DNA of 12,357 nucleotides from Methylococcales bacterium (GTDB lineage Bacteria; Pseudomonadota; Gammaproteobacteria; Methylococcales; UBA1147): NCBI GenBank assembly GCA_041748915.1, contig JBGTCG010000020.1, positions 1 to 12,357 of the forward strand, read 5' to 3'. Shown piece by piece: positions 6,519 to 12,357 of this stretch (position 1 is its first letter; each line of letters starts with the position of its first letter). The notes under the pieces were generated by a model. It saw only the letters and a program-made list of their open reading frames with translations, ran no database searches and was not told where the DNA came from. The position numbers and the translations under genes were made by a program.

Positions 6519-7373
6519 ATGTCTTATCTGTTGGACGCGCTGAGAAAATCCGAGCTTGAACGCAGAGTCGGTGAAGTTCCGAAAATGACGCCTGAATTGG
6601 CGGTTCAGTCTCCGCCACGGAAGCGTCATCCGTTCGCGATTCTTGTGATTGCGCTGGTGCTGATTAATTTCGGCACCCTCTTCTATATCACCTTTCGCGA
6701 CCGATCGCTACCGAACGGAGTCCCGGAAAATCCGCCGCACATCGAGACGCCCGATACCGCACCCGACATTCTAGAAAAAGCCGAGCCGGGACACCGTCCA
6801 AACGTCTCGGCAAAACAGGAATTAGGCACCGCGCCCCATTTCGAGCAGAAGCCCGCTGAGGGTGGAAAGATGCCATTGCGCGCGACCCAAGCAAATGTCG
6901 AGAAACAGGCTCCAGCGTTCCCGCCGGGCCGATCGAAACAAAACCAGACCAGCGCCGGCGAACCGCGGGCAAGAAGAAATTCTCCCGAAACCACGCCGCC
7001 GCCGGCGGTTACGACGGCCGACAAACCTGCGGCCGATATGGAACACCAGGACTCCGGCAGCGGCGCAGTTCAATTCGTCGAAGCGCCCTCCTCGATTCCC
7101 GAGCCGTCACCTGCAACCGAACCTGCGAACCCGAAAACCGAAGCCATCCCATTCCTTGCCGACTTGCCTCGCGATTTTCAGCGCGACCTACCGACGTTGG
7201 TAATCAACGTCTTCGTTTATTCCGAAATTCTCGAGGAACGTTTCGTGATTATAAATATGAAGAAGTATTCGACTGGCCAAAAGATCGACGTTGGCCCGGA
7301 AATTCTAGAAATCCGGGCGGACAGTCTGGTGCTGGCACATCTCGGCCGGAAATTTCGCGTCAGGCGTCCGTAA
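6519..7373 (+). CDS. gspB: general secretion pathway protein B (GspB/ExeB family)
   Basis: The start lies 2 nt after the gspA stop, suggesting coupling. The N-terminus MSYLLDALRKSELERR is the GspB signature. It is followed by a TM segment (FAILVIALVLINFGTLFYITF), a long Pro/Ala/Glu-rich linker, and a conserved C-terminus ...LPTLVINVFVYSEILEERFVIINMKKYSTGQKI...EIRADSLVLAHLGRKFRV. Confidence 0.85.
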   Translation: MSYLLDALRKSELERRVGEVPKMTPELAVQSPPRKRHPFAILVIALVLINFGTLFYITFRDRSLPNGVPENPPHIETPDTAPDILEKAEPGHRPNVSAKQELGTAPHFEQKPAEGGKMPLRATQANVEKQAPAFPPGRSKQNQTSAGEPRARRNSPETTPPPAVTTADKPAADMEHQDSGSGAVQFVEAPSSIPEPSPATEPANPKTEAIPFLADLPRDFQRDLPTLVINVFVYSEILEERFVIINMKKYSTGQKIDVGPEILEIRADSLVLAHLGRKFRVRRP

Positions 7374-7550
7374 TGAAAGGGAAAACCCGAAGAATTTGGA
7401 CCGTAATCCCGGTAAAGCCGCTGCGTCGGCAGCTTTAGGAAATGCTTTGGTGCCGGGGTGTGGTCCGGTGGCCATCGGCACGGAAATCAATTCCGGAGAT
7501 GCAGTGCCTTCGGGCGGTTTGGCGGGAAGATTCGCCGGTAACCGTGATGT

Positions 7551-7829
7551 TCACTCGGGCTTTGCGTCACCCGGATTGTCGTCTTCGCGAGCGTTGACAT
7601 TAAGGTTTGGAAAGGCATTCCAAAATGCCTTTTGCATCGACTCCATTGATTGCAGGTGGGCCGGAAAATAGGGTTTCATCAAATTGAACGCATCGAGACC
7701 GGAAACCCCTTTGGTCATGTCCTCGCGAATTCTATCCAATATATCCGTTTGCAGGGACTGGACATCGGGAAGACCGAAAAATTCGCGGACTTCGTGAGGG
7801 GTTGCATCAATTTCAACGCTGATTTTCAT
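7551..7829 (-). CDS. small conserved hypothetical protein, DUF6489-like
   Basis: I take the start at ATG 7829 (MKISVEIDATPHEVREFFGLPDVQSLQTDILDRIREDMTKG...MESMQKAFWNAF). The opening MKxxxxIDxTPxExRxFFGLPDV and the late QKxFW resemble the small proteins annotated DUF6489; the family name is recalled from memory. No clear SD is present. The listed GTG 7853 start is an alternative. Confidence 0.6.
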   Translation of the reverse strand: MKISVEIDATPHEVREFFGLPDVQSLQTDILDRIREDMTKGVSGLDAFNLMKPYFPAHLQSMESMQKAFWNAFPNLNVNAREDDNPGDAKPE

Positions 7830-7934
7830 GATAGGTGGTTCATTTAAGATCACTAAAGTATATGAGGTTTTCTTTCCGGCGAAGATCCCGCTGACAGGGC
7901 TATGGGCAGACGTCTAGAATCGAGATTCGATACG

Positions 7935-7961
7935 CTCGATATGAACCGCGGTCATATCGAG
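7935..7961. promoter_or_regulatory. perfect 10-bp inverted repeat (possible operator or hairpin) in a divergent intergenic region
   Basis: CTCGATATGA (7935-7944), spacer ACCGCGG, TCATATCGAG (7952-7961). Extra TCGA-containing half-site-like copies lie just upstream (AATCGAGATTCGATACG, 7918-7934). It sits between the divergently oriented DUF6489-like gene and proS. Confidence 0.35.
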
Positions 7962-8259
7962 TTTGAAGCCCTCCGCTCGAACAGTAGTGTAACCCAATCC
8001 GTGGCCGAGCGTTGGCCGGCGCTCGACCAGGCTTCAGCGCCGCGATTCAAGAGCAACCTCGCCGCGAGATAAGGTTCGAACTAAAGGTTATTTATTCCAT
8101 AATTCAGGCCCAGTGTTGTAAACTGCGCGCCTTTACGGATTGTATGCTGGGTTGTTCCGCGTGCAATGGAAGTCATGCTCGGGGCACACGAGGCAGACTT
8201 GCGTTCCGGCTATCATGCATTGCAATTTATATCCCGTACGGTTTCAAAAACAGAACCCA

Positions 8260-9990
8260 ATGCGCACTCGAAATTTTCCACTGAATACCCTGAAAGAATC
8301 GCCCGCGGAGGCGGAAATCGCGAGCCATCAATTGATGCTGCGAGCCGGACTGATCCGCAAACTGGCCGCCGGGCTATATACCTGGCTTCCGCTGGGAATC
8401 CGGGTCCTGCATAAGGTGGAAACGATCATCCGGGAGGAAATGAACCGGTCCGGCGCGCTCGAGGTTCTGATGCCCGCGGTACAACCCGCGGAACTCTGGC
8501 AGGAGTCCGGCCGGTGGGAGCACTATGGCCCGGAACTCGCGCGGCTTCGCGACAGACACGACCGTGAATTCTGCCTGGGTCCGACCCACGAGGAAATTAT
8601 CACCGACCTGGCCAGAAACGAGATCAAAAGCTACAAGCAACTGCCGATCAACTATTACCAGATACAGACCAAGTTCCGGGATGAAATCAGGCCCCGCTTC
8701 GGCATCATGCGCGCGCGCGAATTTATCATGAAGGACGCGTATTCGTTTCATATGGACGAAGAATCGCTCGATGAAACCTACCAGGAGATGCATCACGCGT
8801 ATTGCCGGATTTTTTCCGGGCTCGGACTCGAATACCGCGCGGTTCTGGCCGATTCCGGCGCGATCGGCGGGAACCTGTCGCACGAGTTTCATGTGCTCGC
8901 CGAATCAGGCGAGGATGCGATCGCGTTTTCAACCGAGAGCGGATACGCGGCCAATGTCGAATTGGCCGAAGCCGTAGCGATCGGCGAGCGCGGTAATCCG
9001 GCGTTACTGATGACGCGAGTCGATACTCCGGACCAGCACAGCATCAACGAGGTCAGCGGGTTTCTTGGCGTGAAACCCGAACAGTGTCTCAAAACCCTAT
9101 TGGTCAAGGCCGAAGACGGTACGGTTGTCGCGCTGGTGCTGCGCGGCGATCACGAGCTGAATCCGGTCAAGCTCCAAAAACTCGAGGGGATCGCATCGCC
9201 GATGCAATTCGCGAGCGATCAGGAAATACAGGCTGCCGCGGGTTGCTCCGCGGGTTCCCTCGGTCCCGTGGGATTGAACATTCCGGTGATCGCGGACCGT
9301 TCCGCGGTCACCCTCACCGATTTCGTCTGCGGCGCCAATCATGATGGACGCCACTTCACCGGCGTCAACTGGGAGCGGGATTTGCCGGTTCCTGCGCGAA
9401 CCGAGGATATCCGCAGGGTCCGGAACGGCGATCCCAGCCCCGACGGTCAGGGAACATTGAAAATCGCCCGCGGCATCGAGGTCGGTCATATCTTTCAACT
9501 CGGCCGAAAATACAGTGCGGCCATGAACGCGGTGGTGCTCGATGAAAGCGGCCACAGCCGCATCATGACCATGGGCTGTTACGGGATCGGCGTGACCCGG
9601 GTCATCGCTGCGGCGATCGAGCAAAATCATGATGATAAGGGCATTCTCTGGCCGGCCGCGATCGCGCCGTTCCAGGTTGCCCTGCTGCCCATGAACATGC
9701 ACAAATCGGAACGGCTCAGAATGGCCGCCGATAAGCTGTACGAGGAACTAATCGCCGCCGGATTCGATGTACTATTCGACGACCGCAAGGTACGCGCGGG
9801 GTTCATGTTCGCCGACATCGAACTGATCGGAATCCCGCACCGGGTGGTCCTCGGCGACCGCGGGCTTGACTCCGGAAACGTGGAGTACAAAGGGCGCCTG
9901 GATACGGAGATGCAGGAGGTTCGGATAACCGAAGTTGTCGAATTCTTGAGGGAGCAGTTAAACAAAGAGCGGTGGTTCGTAACCGATTGA
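8260..9990 (+). CDS. proS: proline--tRNA ligase (bacterial type with INS editing domain)
   Basis: From ATG 8260 the product reads [62 protein letters not shown]...[12 protein letters not shown]...[32 protein letters not shown]... This is collinear with E. coli ProS as I remember it. The 576-aa length implies the inserted editing domain. The 40 codons upstream in the listed ORF are not conserved. Confidence 0.95.
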   Translation: MRTRNFPLNTLKESPAEAEIASHQLMLRAGLIRKLAAGLYTWLPLGIRVLHKVETIIREEMNRSGALEVLMPAVQPAELWQESGRWEHYGPELARLRDRHDREFCLGPTHEEIITDLARNEIKSYKQLPINYYQIQTKFRDEIRPRFGIMRAREFIMKDAYSFHMDEESLDETYQEMHHAYCRIFSGLGLEYRAVLADSGAIGGNLSHEFHVLAESGEDAIAFSTESGYAANVELAEAVAIGERGNPALLMTRVDTPDQHSINEVSGFLGVKPEQCLKTLLVKAEDGTVVALVLRGDHELNPVKLQKLEGIASPMQFASDQEIQAAAGCSAGSLGPVGLNIPVIADRSAVTLTDFVCGANHDGRHFTGVNWERDLPVPARTEDIRRVRNGDPSPDGQGTLKIARGIEVGHIFQLGRKYSAAMNAVVLDESGHSRIMTMGCYGIGVTRVIAAAIEQNHDDKGILWPAAIAPFQVALLPMNMHKSERLRMAADKLYEELIAAGFDVLFDDRKVRAGFMFADIELIGIPHRVVLGDRGLDSGNVEYKGRLDTEMQEVRITEVVEFLREQLNKERWFVTD

Positions 9991-10048
9991 TGAAGTCGGC
10001 AGCGATAATCCACGCCGAGTCAGGTCCGGGCATGCCTGGTACGCCGCT

Positions 10049-10079
10049 AAACCGGACAAATCACCTACGAAACCGGACA
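10049..10079. repeat. 10-bp direct repeat AAACCGGACA x2, 21 bp centre to centre
   Basis: AAACCGGACA occurs at 10049-10058 and 10070-10079, separated by AATCACCTACG. It lies in the intergenic region downstream of proS and upstream of the small ORF at 10221. Confidence 0.8.
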
Positions 10080-10220
10080 GTTTATTGGTTCTCTTCACTC
10101 CCGGAATATCTTGTTGACAACCGGTCTGCGGAATTTACACGCAAATTTAGTTTCAGAGGATAAGGTTGACGGGTATTGCAATTCTTCCGCTACCGGCGCA
10201 ATTGGTGATTGCTCCAAGGC

Positions 10221-10424
10221 ATGGTTCTGTTGGTCATCACGGCGTGGTTGGCGCTTTCGACGCTTTCCACCTGCGCTTTCGCGCCGCAGTATTATGCCAA
10301 GGCAGGCCTGTCGGATTGCATGTCCGACATGACCCTGGAAGAACAGCCGTCCAGCGAACACACTGCTCCGGCATCGGACGCTTGCATCAAGTCCTGCGCG
10401 ACCGATCAGGAAGAGTGGTTTTAG
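10221..10424 (+). CDS. hypothetical small Cys-containing secreted protein or lipoprotein (weak call)
   Basis: MVLLVITAWLALSTLSTCAFAPQYYAKAGLSDCMSDMTLEEQPSSEHTAPASDACIKSCATDQEEWF has a hydrophobic leader with a lipobox-like LSTC. The mature part is acidic and carries DCMSDM and CxxxC. Against the call: there is no basic n-region, the SD is poor, and two other long ORFs overlap it. Confidence 0.3.
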   Translation: MVLLVITAWLALSTLSTCAFAPQYYAKAGLSDCMSDMTLEEQPSSEHTAPASDACIKSCATDQEEWF

Positions 10425-10458
10425 CTTAACCAGCGACACCGCCAAAGACTATTCATTA

Positions 10459-10722
10459 TTATTGCCGCTGATCTTCTGGCCTTTCGCCTGCGTTCTTCTG
10501 CTTCTCTCGCCTTCGGCAGGTTCCTATCCGTGCAGGCGTTTGCTCCGGTCCTATAAACCTACCTGTTTGGTCCCGCATAGCGGTGGCGCAGTGATAGTTC
10601 AGCCAATTTAAGATCGTGGTAGTGAGAACTGACAAAAACGCCACGAACACGGTTAATTTCGATACGATCGAAAATTCCAGCCGCGCCGGGCTCCGTATTG
10701 GATATTCTTCTCCAGTCATCAT
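10459..10722 (-). CDS. hypothetical small membrane protein (very weak; competes with overlapping ORF 10559-10759)
   Basis: One predicted TM segment (LTVFVAFLSVLTTTILNWL) and a basic tail. There is no SD, several rare-looking codons are used, and I recognise no homology. Confidence 0.2.
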   Translation of the reverse strand: MMTGEEYPIRSPARLEFSIVSKLTVFVAFLSVLTTTILNWLNYHCATAMRDQTGRFIGPEQTPARIGTCRRREKQKNAGERPEDQRQ

Positions 10723-10902
10723 AATGTGGGACCAATCGTTCGTATCCGTTTCCGCTCATTATGATGTTTAAGTATAGTGAGTCGCTGGAGTTGGATAACA
10801 CATCCTGACTTCTTCCTGCCGCCGCGGAACCGGGATATGTTTTAGATCGATCACCGGGCTATTATCCTTGAATTCGGCAACTAAAGATCGACCGGGAGAG
10901 TC

Positions 10903-10908
10903 TATAAT
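10903..10908 (+). promoter_or_regulatory. consensus -10 hexamer TATAAT upstream of the diiron-enzyme gene
   Basis: TATAAT at 10903-10908 lies 33 nt before ATG 10941, with SD AAGGAA at 10928-10933. There is no good -35 (ACTAAA at the 17-nt spacing). Confidence 0.3.
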
Positions 10909-10940
10909 GGAAGTAAATCGACTTACCAAGGAAATGCACC

Positions 10941-11849
10941 ATGGCAATCACTCAAAGCCCGTTGCAGAGTTTCGCCCGGCTTCACCAGCTTGAAGGACTC
11001 AGCGATACAACCCTCGAAGCACTCAATGATCAGGCGCCCGGGTATTCCGTGGCCAAGGCCCGGCGGTTTCTCGAATTTCAAAAGCGTATTGAGACTTCGC
11101 TATTGCGGCACCGTATCATCACCAATAATACGTATACTGCCTGGTTCAGCCAAGGCCGTCAAAATATGGAACAAATCAAGGACTTTATAGTTCAGTTCTC
11201 GGTCTTTTCGAATCAATTTCTGTTGGCTCAACTAAACAAGATGATCAACGCAGACAGTCTGGAAAACATGCGCGCCTCGAAGGAGATCCTGGCGAATGAA
11301 ATTGGCGTGCGCTTTAGATCGAAGCTTGACTCCAGCCCTGATGAGATTTACGGATGCACCGAAGGGTCAATAGAGGGCAGCACCTTCCGTTTTGCCGCGG
11401 CGCATTTCGAATGGCTGTATTCGCTCGCACGCGAACTCGGGTTAAGATTTGACGAAATTGGCAAGGCCTGCCACGGGACCGAATCTACGCTGTTTTTTTG
11501 CCGGGAATTGTTCCGGCTTTACGGCGGCGACAATTATCAAGTTTCCCAGGCGGCCAGTTTCGCGGTCGAAAACTGGGCCGCCGCTGGATTCTGGAAAGAA
11601 CTGATTGACGGATTCAGAGCCTTCAACCGCAATAACGGATTGAACCTGCCACTTGGGTTTTTTATCTGGCATGACCGCATCGAAACACAGCATGCCGAAC
11701 ATACCCAGGAAGAACTGGAAAGTCTTTATTTCACGCATGAACTGGACGAGGACGCGTTTATCCGCAACGGCAATACGATGCTCGACGGTGTCGCCGCATT
11801 CTGGGATGGCCTCGATAAACAACGCCGCGAGATTCCAAGCCTTCATTGA
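10941..11849 (+). CDS. heme-oxygenase-like fold diiron oxidase/oxygenase family protein (iron-containing redox enzyme family, CADD/PqqC-like)
   Basis: A good SD (AAGGAA) sits 7 nt upstream. The helical protein has NNTYTAWFSQG...DFIVQFSVFSNQF...ILANEIG...AAHFEWLYSLARELGL...FAVENWAA...WHDRIETQHAEH. The candidate 3-His/3-carboxylate set is E120, H155, E210, H244, E248 and H251 (HxxxExxH), as in HO-like diiron enzymes. Confidence 0.7.
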   Translation: MAITQSPLQSFARLHQLEGLSDTTLEALNDQAPGYSVAKARRFLEFQKRIETSLLRHRIITNNTYTAWFSQGRQNMEQIKDFIVQFSVFSNQFLLAQLNKMINADSLENMRASKEILANEIGVRFRSKLDSSPDEIYGCTEGSIEGSTFRFAAAHFEWLYSLARELGLRFDEIGKACHGTESTLFFCRELFRLYGGDNYQVSQAASFAVENWAAAGFWKELIDGFRAFNRNNGLNLPLGFFIWHDRIETQHAEHTQEELESLYFTHELDEDAFIRNGNTMLDGVAAFWDGLDKQRREIPSLH

Positions 11850-12084
11850 TCAGCGCGGCTCTCGTTGCGGACCGCGAAACGCCGCGCGCCACCTCTTACC
11901 ATTCTGTCACGCAACTGAGCTAGGAGCCTGTCGGATAGGCTAGTTGATCTGAGTGTCATCCGGGACGACCGATTTTTCCACCAGATCCCGAATAGATTAT
12001 ATGCGCCGATCAATTAACCTGGTCAGGCTGATTCGACGGGTCAATCTCGGTAATCTCCGTTTGATAAGGCGATCGTTGATCCTT

Positions 12085-12210
12085 TTATCCCCTTCCTGTC
12101 GCCGCCAGCACGTGCATTCTTTTTAAATTGAATGCCATCGTAACGAGTTTCCATTCGCCGGACTCCGCCTGGAGTCCTCTCAAGGAGTACTGTCGAATTC
12201 CCATGACTGG
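12085..12210 (-). pseudogene. C-terminal fragment of an IS1182/IS5-like DDE transposase
   Basis: ...VMGIRQYSLRGLQAESGEWKLVTMAFNLKRMHVLAATGRG* matches the xRxFLLRGLxKVxxEWxLxxxAxNLKRM C-terminal signature of IS1182/IS5-type transposases as I recall it. No upstream catalytic part is present. The 5' boundary is approximate. Confidence 0.45.
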
Positions 12211-12357
12211 TTTGATGATCCCGCACACGCCTTTCGTACCCAGGTCCTGTTCGATCCCGCATAGCTCTGCAACCGTGCGAACCAAGGTTTCCGATTTATG
12301 GGTGTTGAGCTGATCCAAGATAATATGGTGGACCTTATATTCCGGAGTTTCTTGAAT
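12211..12357 (-). pseudogene. internal fragment of an IS630-family transposase (open to the window edge)
   Basis: IQETPEYKVHHIILDQLNTHKSETLVRTVAELCGIEQDLGTKGVCGIIK matches the (I)ILDxLNTHKSExLVxxVAxxCGIxxDLGxKGxSGILKS block of one IS630 subgroup as I recall it. The expected continuation (FTPKHxSWLNQIE) is missing and is replaced by the fragment at 12085-12210. Confidence 0.5.

Noticed and set aside
6683-7203. Several 80-115 aa ORFs on both strands inside gspB (6683-7024, 6688-6972, 6822-7073, 6862-7203)
   Set aside because: They overlap the GC-rich Pro/Ala/Glu linker of GspB. Their products are low-complexity and Arg-rich. The gspB frame has conserved N- and C-terminal signatures.
7396-7671. 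91-aa plus-strand ORF downstream of gspB
   Set aside because: Its product is Gly/Ala/Ser-rich. It overlaps the 3' end of the better-supported minus-strand DUF6489-like gene and has no RBS.
8066-8090. tRNA-like T-loop motif GGTTCGAAC (8073-8081)
   Set aside because: The flanking bases do not form a T-stem (TAAGG versus TAAAG). No acceptor or anticodon arms could be built.
8012-8284. 90-aa ORF and the 40-codon N-terminal extension of the listed proS ORF (8140-8259)
   Set aside because: The sequence is not conserved-looking. The canonical ProS N-terminus begins at ATG 8260.
8374-9702. Long minus-strand ORFs inside proS (8374-8892, 9097-9702, 9627-10013)
   Set aside because: They are antisense shadows of a highly conserved, uninterrupted proS frame.
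10095-10445. ORFs 10095-10445 (minus strand) and 10166-10429 (plus strand) overlapping the small Cys-peptide ORF
   Set aside because: Their products are Arg/Gly/His-rich and lack motifs or signal features. I kept only the frame with a plausible leader, and even that at low confidence.
1-12357. CRISPR arrays, rRNA genes, integron attC sites or large terminal inverted repeats
   Set aside because: By eye I found no regularly spaced repeats of CRISPR size and no rRNA-like segments. The only repeats found are the short ones listed above.

Overview
This window is a chromosomal segment, probably gammaproteobacterial judging only from the ProS and GspA/GspB protein sequences. Intact genes are interleaved with heavily decayed mobile DNA.

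Intact genes:
- DUF29 protein (199-627)
- ExeA/GspA-type ATPase with a C-terminal peptidoglycan-binding domain (4744-6516)
- GspB (6519-7373)
- small DUF6489-like protein (7551-7829, minus strand)
- proS (8260-9990)
- heme-oxygenase-like diiron enzyme (10941-11849)

Decayed mobile DNA:
- The left third is a filamentous-phage zot/pI-type gene on the minus strand (3625 down to 710). It is split by an IS110-family element of about 1.6 kb (about 1880-3490).
- Both zot and the IS110 DEDD transposase carry several frame changes and in-frame stops.
- The right edge is a chimeric transposase remnant: an IS630-like fragment fused in frame to an IS1182/IS5-like C-terminus.

The most interesting signal is in the IS. 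It keeps a non-coding 5' end of about 240 nt (3246-3488), where IS110-group elements encode their bridge/seek RNA. That segment contains an exact 9-nt copy of the zot target sequence that abuts the insertion junction.

I saw no rRNA, tRNA or CRISPR array. I did not find a convincing novel multi-gene system. All family assignments are from memory of conserved motifs, with no searches run.
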